Positions 13,317 through 26,306 of a stretch of DNA of 64,000 bases are shown piece by piece. This stretch comes from Dictyostelium discoideum. Lineage: Eukaryota. Under the pieces are notes generated by a model that was not told where the DNA came from, searched no databases, and saw only the letters and a list, made by a program, of their open reading frames with translations. The stretch is taken from NCBI GenBank assembly GCA_000004695.1, contig CM000152.2:672001-736000 (forward strand), given 5' to 3'. Numbering within the stretch: the stretch's first letter is position 1; the number at the start of each line of letters is the position of its first letter. Position numbers and translations under genes: made by a program.

Positions 13317-14465
13317 TTAATTAATTATTTATTTTAATGTAAAAGAGACACCCACACACTTTTTATCACAATTAACACAAACCAAATTAATTAACTGAAA
13401 AAATAATTTTTTGGAAAAAAAAAATAAAAAAACAAGCAAGAAAAGATAGAGGTATTTATTCAATTTAAAAATAGATTTTACTACAATGGTTGTTTTTTAA
13501 GTAGAACATTTTTGTAGGTTATACACATCATTTAAAAAAAAAAAAATAAAATAAAATAAATAAAATAAATTAAAATAAAAATTTAATAATGATAATAAAT
13601 TAACTTTTTAATATTTTATTATTAATTTTTTTTTTTTTTTAATAATGTGTATAAATATTTTTTTTTTTTTTTTTTTTTTTATTATTTCTAATTATTAATT
13701 TAAACGATTTTTAAAAAATATATCATTTTGTTTTCCATTTCACATATTATTTACATATTTTATTTTTAATTTTTTTTTTTTTTTTATTTTTATTATTATT
13801 TTTTTAATATTATATTTTTATTTTATTTTATTTTATTTTTTATTTTATTTTGTTTTTGGTTTTTTTATTATTATTATTTTTTTGTTATCAAATTAATAAT
13901 TTTTTTTTTTTTTTTTTTTATAATTTATTATTATTATTTATTATTAAAAATAAATTTTTTTTTTTTTTTTTCATTATTGTTATTTTTTTTTTTTTTTTTT
14001 ATTCAATTAATATTTTTTTTTTTTTTGGTTATATATTTAATTATTTTTTTTTTAATTTTTTTTTTTTAAATTTTCTTTTTTTTTTTTTTTAAAAAATATA
14101 TTTATTTTTAATTTTTTTTTTTTTTTTTTATACAAAAATCAACATCCATATCTATTTTAATTTTTTTTTTTTTTTTTTTTATTTTTTTTTAATTATTAAA
14201 TTTTTTCATATTTTTTTTTTTCGTATTTTTTTAAAAATTTATTTTATTTTAAATTTATATTTAAATTACGTTCGTTTTTCGCTTCACGAAAAAAAAAAAA
14301 AAATAAAAAATAAAAAAAAAAAAACAAAAAAAAAAAAAAAAAAAAATTTTACTGCAAACTTGATACGTCCAAAAACATATCCAACAATAAAAATATCATC
14401 GTTTATATATACTTAAATAATATAACACAATAATATATAATATTAAAGTTGTAATAACAAAAAAA

Positions 14466-14503
14466 ATAATAATAATAATAATAATAATAAAAATAATAAT
14501 AAT

Positions 14504-14538
<35 letters not shown>
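14466..14538. repeat. (AAT)n about 23 copies (imperfect), intergenic upstream of the Myb gene
   Basis: An aataataat run with two interruptions. Part of the ORF-track artefacts 14443..14661(-). Confidence 0.9.
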
Positions 14539-14927
14539 TATCTTTTTTTTTTTTTTTTTTTTTACAAATAAATTATTAATTAATAATTTCATAATTATTA
14601 AAACCACCACTTCACCCACACACAACCAAACCAAACCCCACTTAAAAAAAAATATCACCATTAAATTATAATTATTATTACTTTTTTTTTTAACAAATTA
14701 GAAAATATTTTTAAAATAAAAATAATTAAAAATAAATAATTTTTTTTTAAAAAAAATAAAATAAAAAGTTAAAAATAAATTATAATAAAAAAAATTTTAT
14801 AATTTAATAATTTACAATTTTATTAATATTAATAATAAAAAAATAAAAATAATAAAAACAAATAAATATATAATAATCCATTTTTTTTTTTAAAAAAAAA
14901 AAAAAGAAAAAAAAAAAAAAAAAAAAA

Positions 14928-15072
14928 ATGAAATCTATGCAATACCATCCACCAACAACCACATTGGTTAGTGAGTTTAATAAAGAAAAATATAATAATA
15001 GTAACCATTATAATGATAATAATGATAATAATAATAATAATAACAATAATAATAATGATAATAATAATAATG

Positions 15073-15105
<33 letters not shown>

Positions 15106-15971
15106 GTATTATTAATAATGAAAGCGATAACGAATCTAATGGCACCAGTAACAACTATAACGATGAAGCCAATGATAACCACCACCACCACCAAGATGAC
15201 GAACACCATGGTAATGGTAACGACAATGATAATGAAAATTACAACAATCAAAACGTGAACCACGAAAAATTGGCAAGCATTAAAAACAAAAACTACAACA
15301 ACAATGAAAGCGACAATGAATCAATCGAAGAAATTAATTCAAATCATAATAATGATAATAACAATAACACAAACAATAATGACAACAGCAGCAATAATAA
15401 TAATAATAATAATAATAGTAATAATAATAATAATAATAATAGTAAAGAAATAAATGAAGATAAAGAAAACTATAACAACTGTGACCAACACCACCACAAT
15501 CATAATAATAATAACAACAACAAATACAATGGTGGTAGTAGTTATAATTACAATAGTAAAAATTGTAAAGAATATATTAACAATCTTGAAAACTTATTAA
15601 AACTATCAAATAAAGAAAATAAAGAACTCTATGAGAAAATCATTAGTTTGGGTAGTATTTTAAATGAAAAGAAAACACTTCTTTCAAAGTATCGTAATGT
15701 TTTAATCGACTATCTTGAAGATGTCCACATTTACGATGAAAACGGTAATGCTAATCCAAACTATGACAATTATAATAACACACAACAAAAATCAATTAAA
15801 GATTTCGATGTTGGTAAAGATTTAGTTAAATCAAATTTAAATTTACAATTTCATAATTATAATAATAAAGATTATAATAAAGAATATAATAATAACAACA
15901 ACGGCAACAATAATAAAGATTATAATAATAATAAGGAATATAACAATATTAATAATAATAATATCAGTAGT

Positions 15972-16010
<39 letters not shown>

Positions 16011-16410
16011 AGTAGTAATAAAGAATATAAAGAAAAAGAATATAAAGAAAAAGAATATAAAGAAAAAGAATTTAAAGAAAGTAAAGATTCATCATTAAAA
16101 AGAAAAAGTAGTAGCGATGACGATGGTGATGATTCTGGAAGAGATACTAAAAAATATAAACCTGGAAGAACCGTTTGGACATTAGAAGAAGAAGAACTCT
16201 ACAAAGAAGTATTCAATCATTATGGAAAGAATTGGAAAAAGATTAAAACTCATTTCCCTGATAAATCAAAATCTCAAGTAACAAGTCATGGTCAATATTT
16301 AATTAAAATTAATAAATTACAAGATTTACAAAAAGTTAAATCACCTCCAACTTTAAATATAACTTTAAATGATATAATTGAACAATTAAAACAACAACAG
16401 CAACAACAGC

Positions 16411-16466
<56 letters not shown>

Positions 16467-16622
16467 AATAATATTGTTATTAACAACGAAAATACTAACG
16501 ATAACAATAATCATAATAATAATAATTATAATGACAATAACAATAACAGTAACAACAATAATAATTTTAATAATAGTAATAATAATAATACCAATAAATT
16601 TATTGATGAAGATGATGACTAA
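14928..16622 (+). CDS. Myb-like (SHAQKYF-class, single-repeat) DNA-binding protein, Asn/Gln-rich, 564 aa, intronless
   Basis: Complete ORF. C-terminal Myb/SANT repeat KPGRTVWTLEEEELYKEVFNHYGKNWKKIKTHFPDKSKSQVTSHGQYLIKINKL (W..EE..F....G..W..I, then the SHAQKY-like TSHGQYLIK). Long poly-N (AAT/AAC) and poly-Q (CAA, 16391-16466) tracts, a His-run, and a KEYKEKEY x4 repeat. Confidence 0.8.
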
Positions 16623-17223
16623 TAAAATTTTTATTTATTTATAAAAAAAAAAAAAAAAATGTTGCTTTTACGAAAATGCATACACACAAAAAATCTGATT
16701 TTTTTTTTTATTTCACACATTTTTAAAAATCGATTTCCCAAAATTTGGTCCATATTTTTTTTTCTTTCGTTTTTTTTTTTTTTTTTTTTTTTTATTTTAA
16801 GTGGGAAAAAAATAAAAAAATAAAACAGATATATTTATTTTCTTTAAAAAAGGAATAAAAAACTAATTAATCATTTATTAATTAATTTATACCTTTTTTT
16901 TATTTTTTATTTTTTAATTCTAACAATTACAATAGTTTTATTTTGATGAAACTTTTTTTTTTAGTTTCTTTATTTATTTATTTATTTATTTTATTTTATT
17001 TTATTTATTCATTTTTTTTTTTTTAAATTTATTTATTTATTTTCTATTTATAGTTTTATTATTAAACATGAAGTTGGAATTTTTTTTTTTTTTTTAGTCA
17101 TTTTTTATTTTTTTTTTAGTCACTTTTTAATTTATTTTTTATATTTTTCGAATTTTTTTTTTTTTTTTTTCATTTTTGTTTGTTTTTCAAAGTCATAAAA
17201 ACAAATAGAAAAAAAAAAAAAAA

Positions 17224-20200
17224 ATGACAACAGAAAAAAGTAAAGATTTAAAAGGACTTTTAAATGAAAATGATGATGATGATGAAATGCCTTTCAATAT
17301 TGAAGAGATTGGTATCAAGATTCATGATATTTTAGTTAATATACCACCACCATCAAAAGAAACTAGTTCTCTAAATTTTCAAGAGAACCTTTCCGAAGTA
17401 GAAGAATCATCAGATTCAGAGGATGATAAAGAAGAAAGTGATGATGATGAAGAAGATGATGATGAAGAAGATGATGATGATGATGAGGGTGGTATTTCAA
17501 AAGAAGAAATATTAAGACAAAGTAAAAATATAGCATTTCCAGAACAAAAAGCAAAGAAAAGACCAGCAACACCAAAGATAGTTTCAGTTTTATCACAAAA
17601 AAAAGTAGTTGATAAAGCTGATAAATTCGATATGGATACATTTAAAACAACAATATCAGGTAGTACTTCAAAGAAAAAGAAATCATTATTACCAACTGAA
17701 CAAGATAAAGAAGAAGAAAGAAAAAGAAGAGAAAGAGATAGTGATGATGATGGTAATGCTGATGATGATGATGATGATAATGACAAAATGAATATTGATA
17801 GTAATAATAACAATAAAACCACAACTACAACTACTACAACTACAAATAAAATACCAAAGAAAAAGAAAAAGAAAAGATTTTATTCACAACAAGAGATTAG
17901 AATTCCAAAAGAAGTTAGAAAATTATTAGTTGGAGGTAATGAACAATATACAAAGGGTAATTTTGATCTTGCATTTTCAACTTATGCAGAAGTTGTTAGA
18001 ATGTTACCACGTTTATCGATACCCTATAATATTTTAGGTAAAATTAAAGAAAGTCAAGGTGAAATGGAGGCAGCATTAGGTTTCTATGTTTATGGTGCAC
18101 AAATGCAAGGTTCAAATGGTGATTGGTCAAGTATTGGTGTAAGAGCAAAAGAGGCGGGTCAAATGGAGACAGCATTATATTGTTTTTCACGTGCTTGTAG
18201 AAATGATGAAACCGATTTAGATTCATTTTGGGAGAAAAGTTTAATACTCATTCAAAAAGGTTTCTACAAGAGAGCATTGAAAATCCTAACCAAATTAAGT
18301 AAATACACCAATGGTTCACCACAGGTACTTCAAGAGTTGGCTAGAGTGTATTCTCATCTCTCTCAATATCATGATGCTTCTGCAATGATTTCAGAGGTAG
18401 TAGACGAACAACTATTGTCAAATAAATCATTGGATGATGTCTCTTTGGATAGTGTTAATTTAATGATGGAATTAAAGAATAAAACTAGAAACTATCAAGA
18501 TACCATCACCATTTTCAATAAAATCACAGCAAAGTATGGTAATGACTCTGAAGTTCCTTTTGATTTGGTTTTCAATGCTTGTCAAGCCTATTATTCACTT
18601 GGTACTGATTTCGGTAATGAACGTGGTTCAAAATTATTACACTTAAGATTGTTACCATTGGATCCATCAGAATATGGTGATCTATTCACTTCATTAGCCG
18701 ATGAATTATTTGCTTTAGGTAAATATCAAGATGCATTGGTTGTTTATTTACATCTAAAGGATACAGACTTTGATATTCCTTCAAATTGGGTAAAAATCGC
18801 AGATATTCATAGATCCACTAAAAATTATGAAGTTGCCATTGAATACTTTTCAAAAGCAAATGAAAGAGTACCTGGTAATGTTCATACAACCTTAGCAATG
18901 AGTGAAATTTATAAAGAAATGGGTGATGATGAAAAAGCATTACAAATTTTAAATCAATCTTCAACAATTTCAAATAGAAATGATCAAAGTGAAAAAGAAT
19001 TATTTGAAAGTACTTTAAATGAGTTAAATTCAAAAAGAAATGCTTATTTAAATTCAATTAAAAATAATTCATCAACAGCAGCAGCAGCAGCAGCAGCAGC
19101 AGGAGGAGCAACCAATACAACATCAACAAGTGGTGCAAAAGAAAGTAATCCAGTTGGACTTGATGTTACAAAAGAAGATGTTAAATTATTTTATAGACAT
19201 GCTCAAGCATTTTTAAATTTATCAAAGTATTCTCAATATTTAGGTATTGCAACAGCATTATTACATGGTTCAACCGATAGATATATTTATCGTAGAAAAG
19301 TTGGTGTTGGTAAATTTAAAAAGAGAAAGCGTGTAAAGAGATCAAAGAATCCATACTCTATAGAGATGTATAAACATCAATCAGAACATCCATACGCAGA
19401 GTTATTAGATGAAGAAGATTATTTCAATCTCCTTTTAGATAGTTCAAAAATATTTGTACATTTAAATCGTCAACAAGAAGCAAGTCAATATCTTCGTTAT
19501 GCATTACGTAATATCCATTTTGAAAATGGTTTATTCTCTCATCAATTAAAATTCCTTACTGTGGCAGTTGCTTTCAATGATAAAAATTATTATTTAGCTT
19601 ATAAACATGTTAAATATGTTTGTTCAAAGAAACCATATAGTAATAGAGTTTGGAATCTTTTTAATAAAATCATTGTAAAGTAAGTATATAATATTAATAT
19701 ATATGTGAAAAAAAAAAAAAAAAAAAAAAAAAACATATGTTTACATTTTATAAATTATTAATAATTTTTTTTTTTTTTTTTTTTTTCCTCTTCTCTCTCT
19801 TTTTAGTTATGGTAATAGATCAACAGTACAAAATAGATTTTTAACAAAAATTAATGAAAAATATTCAGATAGTATACCAGTTTTAATTATGTTGGGAAAT
19901 CAAAATAAACAAACTGATAATGCAAGAGGTGCATTGTTTGAATATATTAAAGCCTATAGATTATGTCCAGATGATCCTTTGATTAATTTATTGATTTCAG
20001 TTTTAATTCTCTCACAAGTTATGGGTAGAAAACAAGCAAATAGACATCGTATAGCAATTACATCATACTCATTCTTATATAAATATTATAATCTTAGAGG
20101 TAAATCTCAAGAATCTTTATATAATCTTGGTAGAGGTTATCATCAATTAGGTATATACAATATGGCAATTAATTATTATGATATGGTTTTAAATTATGAA

Positions 20201-20344
20201 GATGAAATCGATGAAGAAACTGGTGAAATCAATAAAAATGATTCTTTGAAATGTGAAGCAGCTTTTAATCTTTCTTTAATCTATAAATCAAAAGGTAATA
20301 CTAGTCTTGCTAATGAAATCTTAAAAAAATATATTGTTGTGTAA
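17224..20344 (+). CDS. gtf3c3: General transcription factor IIIC subunit 3 (TFIIIC tau131 / Tfc4 / GTF3C3 homolog), TPR protein, 2 exons, about 997 aa
   Basis: Exons 17224..19679 (donor GTAAGT at 19680, phase 2) and 19807..20344 (acceptor after a polypyrimidine tract, ...CCTCTTCTCTCTCTTTTTAG). Acidic N-terminus (DDDDE, EEDDDEEDDDDDEGG). TPR array with the GTF3C3 signature YTKGNFDLAFSTYAEVVRMLPRLSIPYNILGKIKESQGEMEAALGFYVYGAQMQGSNGDWSSIGVRAKEAGQMETALYCFSRACRNDETDLDSFWEKSLIL, compared with human ...AMIYEDQGDMEKSLQFELIAAHLNPSDTEEWVRLAEMSLEQDNIKQAIFCYTKALKYEPTNVRYLWERSSLY. The C-terminal exon carries YNLGRGYHQLGIYNMAINYYDMVL. Confidence 0.8.
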
Positions 20345-20442
20345 ATAATTTCAAAAAATAAATAAACAAAAAATAAATAATAAATAAATAAATAATATTA
20401 CCATTAAAAAAAAGATTTACTTTATTTATTTTATTTATTTAT

Positions 20443-21113
20443 TTATTTTATTTTATCATAACATAATAAAAAATTATTTTCATTTTCTTGATAGAGAACC
20501 CTTGATTTTAAAATTGAATATAAGAAAATAGAAAGTGATAAATGACCATTCTCCAATGCCCTTTCAACGATTGATGTATGAAATCTGGATTTATCATGGT
20601 TATTTTCAGAATTTTCAAAAAGGAATGGATGGTTTTTATAACAATATTTAATCAAATGCAAATTTCCCATTTCAATTGCTCTTTTTAATATTATTGTTGT
20701 TGGAAAACAAGCATGATTATTTCCAGAAATTGAATTTTCGAAAAAAAATGGTACTCCAGAATTTTGAAAGGTTTCAATTATATTTGAAAGGAATGATAAA
20801 TTACTTTCGCATGACCTTTCACCAATTTGATTTAGGACGGTTAAAGGCATATTTAGAAAATCTTTTGGATCATTTAGAAATATACCTTTATTATATTTAA
20901 AAAGTTTAAAGATTGCTGAGCCTAAATACTCTACTTTGAAATCTTCATTCTTATTCAAATAAATCCAATTTATTGCATCAACCCATTGTTTTGATAAATT
21001 CTTTTCCATTAATTGAATAATAGTAGTTTCTGAAAATCTTTCATTACTTCTTTGATCAATTATAGTTTTAAGTTGTTCAAGTGTACTTAAATCGTTATCA
21101 TCATTATTCAAAC

Positions 21114-21209
<96 letters not shown>

Positions 21210-22161
21210 TATTATTATTATCTTCATCTTCAATTCCATCTGAACCATTATAATATTTTTTAAAATAATGATTTAAAACTGATTTTGGAGCACAATTCTT
21301 TATTAAAAAATTGAAATTAATTTTAAATTCTGGTTGACTTTTAAAATAATCTAATATATCACAATTCCAATATTTTAATTCAGGTAATAAATGAAATCTA
21401 TTCGTATCTTTTTCTAATAAATTATAAACCAATTTAATAGAATCTAAATCATTTAAATAACATAATCTTGAAGTTGTTTTTAAAATCTTTATTTGATGAG
21501 AAAAAGGTTTTCCAGTTTTATCTCTCATCAAATGAATATTTTTAATGAGTGAACTAATGTATTGTTTTCTTTTTTCTTTATCAACTTGAAACTGAAATAA
21601 AACATCAATAGGTGTAATATGACTTAAACAATCTGAATTGTAAAATCCATATTTGAATTGAAGATTCGTTAGGTTTTCTGCAGATATTGATGGAAAGTGT
21701 TTTTTCAATAAATTTGGATTTGGAAATGATTTATTGTAACAAATCAAGTATTGCAAACTATCTTCGAACCAACTAATACTCGTTTCACTTGAATCATCTA
21801 ATGCACGTAAACTTATGAATGGTAAAACCATTTTTAATAATTTTTCAATGATTAAATTTGATTTTTGAAGTTGATATACTGGTAGATTATTCATTGATTC
21901 ACCAAATTCCACAATTAATAAATCTTTCATATTTTTTAACTCTGATTCTGATAATAAAAGATCACTGATATTATTAATTTTTAATGAATTTAAAAATAGT
22001 GAAAATGCTTTACTATGTGCTAATAAATCAAGTTGTAATGATTTCATATAATTTTCTAGATTTACTTTAATATTATTTAGACAAATACAACAATTTAAAA
22101 GTTCCATTAATGTTGTAGTTTCATAAAATGAAAATTTAAATGTAATATTACTAATTTGATA

Positions 22162-22260
<99 letters not shown>

Positions 22261-23001
22261 TGATGATTTTAAAAATGGTAAAATATCTTGTTGAAAAAAT
22301 TCTAATTTTTTAATTAAATTTTTTGTTTCATCATTTTTGACAATTGAATTTATTATTTCTTTTTCAGAAAATTTAAAAAGGTGATTAAAATTTTTGAATA
22401 AGAAATTTGCAATTTTAAAAGAACTTGAATTTATTGAAATGAATAATAAATCTTTATGAACCCAAAAACTATGACCAACTTTTTCTTGTTCTTGTTTACC
22501 AATTATTGATAAAACGTTAAAACCTGATAAACAATCATACTTTACTAAGACTGATAATGTATTTTGAAAAGAATTTAAAAATATATCACTATAATTTTTA
22601 AATAGAGCATAATAAAAAGTTTCTTGATCTTGAATGTCATCCTTTTCAAAGCAATTGAAAATTGTTTTTTTAAATTGTGCTCCACTGCAACTAATACTAG
22701 CGTTATTACCACTTTTTATATGTAAATTAATATTATCTTTATCAATAACACCATAATTGAATGTAAGGTATTCTTTTCTATTGACTTTATCTTTTAGTAA
22801 GCCAAGATGATTATTCAATATCATCCATTCACTTGAATAAATCTCTTCATATTTGTATGTATAAAATGGTATTTCATAATTTTGAAAGCTTTTAGGTAAT
22901 AAAGATATAATTTCTTTCCTTAATATATTATTTTTCCAAATTTTCCAAAATAAAAATTCCATATCTCTATCTAGTTTTATCTTTTTATTCATTTTGTCCA
23001 T
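20443..23001 (-). CDS. Hypothetical Asn-rich protein, 852 aa, single exon (function unknown)
   Basis: Complete minus-strand ORF from MDKMNKKIKLDR to the stop at 20443-20445. Two in-frame (AAT)n tracts (about 22150-22262 and 21108-21233 on the plus strand) give poly-N runs of 34 and 41. No recognisable catalytic motif. The C-terminal region has weak ankyrin-like periodicity (GNNHACFPTTIILKRAIEMGNLHLI...HTSIVERALENGHLSL). Convergent with gtf3c3; the stops are about 98 bp apart. Confidence 0.6.
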
Positions 23002-23731
23002 TTTTTTTTTTTTTTTTTTTTTTATAAATTTGTAAAATAAAAATGAAAATAAAAAAAAAAAATGTGTGGGTTTTTTTATTTTTTTTTTTTTTTATTTTCA
23101 TTTTTATTTTTTTATTTTTTTATTTTTTTTTTAACTTTTGGTACTTTTTTTGAATTTTTTTTATTGGTTTTTGGTCACAATAATTAAATAATTGGAGTAG
23201 CCCATTGGGAAAAGGTTAAAAAACCCACTGGTTGAAAAATAGAACCTTTTGCTAAAAAATGGGATACATTGCACTGAAAAAGATAATTGTCCTCTTGAAC
23301 CCTGATAAAACCGATTTTAAATGCGGAACCTGTAATAAATAATACTTAATCAAACCATAGATTTGATCAATTATTGATATATGTGAAATTATTATAATTA
23401 TTATTTTTTTATTGTGCAATATGATGTGAAAAAAAAAAATTAGTGTGGTGTGACTTTGAAAAAAAAAATTAATATGGGAAAATTTAATTTAATTTTTTAA
23501 TATATTTTAAAACTTTTTTTTTTTTTTTGTGAATATCTATTTTGAATGATATTATCAAAACATAAAAAAAATAAAAATAAAACTATTTTAACAAAAAAAA
23601 AATTTTTTTTAATCACCATATTTTCCAAAAAAAAATCAATCCCAAAACATAAAAAAAAAAAAAAAAAAAAACATATAACCTTTTTTATTTCTTTCAATTT
23701 TTTTTTTTTATTAATTTTTTTTTCCATGATT

Positions 23732-23772
<41 letters not shown>

Positions 23773-23787
23773 AATTTTTATATAATT

Positions 23788-26250
23788 TTAAGAAGATAAG
23801 GTTGTAGTTGGAGTTGGAGTTGAAGATAATTGAGTATCATTTAAATCAGCAATATCAGAACCAGTATTTGAGGTTATATCTTGATCTAAATTTGAATCAT
23901 TATCAGTTACGGTGATATTTGTTAGAGAAGAATTATCATTATGCTGTAGTGAGGCAGGAACAGTCATAACCAATTTTCTATCTTCTTCATTTTCACTATC
24001 GACATCGGCATCAGCACCAGAGTCAGAGTCATCATCAGAGTCATCATCGAATAGCTCTTGATTATCGGTATTGAATTTTGAAGAGTCAAAAGTGGTAGAG
24101 GTAGTTCTAATATTTTCAATTGAGGGTGAACGACGTAATGTTGTAGTTGAAGACATATGGGATTTAGTTGATAAACGATTGGCAACCAAAGACATTAGAG
24201 TACGAGGAGGAGTGATTGCAACGGAATGTTTAAAATCTTCAGGTGGCCAGCTTTCTTCAGGAGGACGTAATAGTTTATGTTTTCCACCATTCAAAGAGGC
24301 ACTTGCACCACTAAATGGTAAAGAGATTGGATAATATCTTTGAATTGAATTTAAATTGATTGGGGAGAGATAATCCAAACCCGATTTCATACTAACATTG
24401 GTTGTGGCTGTTGGATCCCATGGTAAAATCTTTACAACTGGTGGATTGACTTTATTGATTGATTTATTTTGTTTATTCAAATATTTATCACAAGCAGCGA
24501 GTAAAACATGATCATCACCTCTTAGCTCTGCATCTCTTTTGATTGCGATGACAGAGTCTCTATCATTTAAGAGTATTGATATTTGTAAGAGATAGATATG
24601 TTCGGATAGTTTTTGGAAACAATCCTTTGCTAGTAAATAATGACCAGCATTCATGCATTCTCTACCGAAATCACGCATATTCTCTTTCAATTTATTGAAT
24701 TGTCTCTTTTCAGTATCGTTTGGATTCTTTATGATTGAGATTCTATTGAATTCAATCGAGAGATGACGATTAGCAGCTTCATATTGTTTTGAAATCCAAG
24801 CCATTCTAAATTTCTCTAGTGAACTTTGTTTACTTTGTGATATTTTCATATCATTGGATAAGGAATAAGCCAAATCTGTGAAAGAACGTTCCCTTAATTT
24901 ATCTAAAACATGTTTACTAATTCTAGTGTAATCTAATTTTTGTACGATATTTTGTAAACAACTACTTAAATATTTCTTTTCATATTGAATAAAAGGTGGT
25001 AAAGAGAGTAAACCAATGATTAAACATTCTAAAATACCAATGGCTTGACAACGAACGGTGGTTTCATTCTTTCCAGGTACTTGTAAACCTTGGTAACCGA
25101 AAATCATACGATCAGGTAAGATAGTTGATAAGATAATTGGTGAAATTGATAGAGTTGAGATTGGCTTTGGTGCTTGATTATTTTGTAAGGTCATATACAT
25201 TAAATGGGTTGATGTTGTATAGAGTAATGTCCATTCTAACCAAAAGATACTTTGAAAATAGGAAGAAGTTGATTGATGATGATTTGGTGGTGAATGAATT
25301 TGATTTATAATTCTAAGACGTGAATTTGTTATGATAATTCTTTGATTGGTGAGGATAGCACAAATGTGTTGAGATGATTTTGGATCTGATTGCCACTCGA
25401 TTTGGAATACCTTTTCATTTGGTTGCAATTGTAAGATACCATTGTCGCCATCGATATCGACCATATAGTTGTCTTTGCATGATGGATCACTTTGGTTGAC
25501 ATTCTTTGAGAATACCAAACACGATTTCTCTTGACAAAAGTATAAAACAACCTTGTTACCACCCAAAGGTGTCGAATGAACTGATGTAATTCTTGGTACC
25601 AATGTGAAATTCTTGAATGAGCTAACGCCTTGTTTCGATAAGGTTGCAACTTTTGCCAATTTACCATCTAAACCTAAAATTAGAATTTGTTGATTATTAC
25701 CAATGAAAACACAATCTGAACCATCACCTTGTTGATTAACCAATCCTTGTAAATCCATAATGAGATATTTACTAAGTTGAGCTTGAGCTGCCACTGAAAA
25801 ACTATCATAAATTAACGCAAATAATTGAAATTCATTATTGAATAAGAATTTCTTACCTTTTGATATATCTTCACCACCACCACTACCCATTCCACTAGCA
25901 CTATTTACCATTATTGGTGTATCGATCAATTTCTTTGTAATACCATTCAATGGTAAATAACTCTTTACATAGGTACCATCAAAGAATGTAATCTCTGATG
26001 GATAATTAAATGTATTCTCTGGTTCAAAAAAGAAACCCATTGGTAATGGTAATTTACTAACCAATGGGAATGAATGATTCAAATGATCATATGAATTAAT
26101 TGAATATATATTTTGATTTATATGTCTAATCGATGAAAATGGTTGACTATTTATATTTGATGGATATGGTGATATTGTTGAAGATATATTTGATGATGCT
26201 TCTAACTTTAAAAAATTAATTAAAAAAAAAAAGTAATTAATAATTAATAT

Positions 26251-26306
<56 letters not shown>

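Noticed and set aside
13850-15263. Track ORFs 13850..14092(+), 14443..14661(-), 14829..15263(-) and 14971..15258(+), giving poly-Phe, poly-Leu and poly-Ile peptides
   Set aside because: They are read-through of poly(T) tracts and (AAT)n repeats in intergenic DNA, or out-of-frame or antisense translation of the Myb gene poly-N region. The real gene is 14928..16622(+).
17363-17824. Minus-strand ORFs inside the gtf3c3 acidic region (poly-Ser/Leu, His-rich)
   Set aside because: They are antisense readings of the GAT/GAA-repeat segment that encodes the acidic D/E stretch of TFIIIC tau131.
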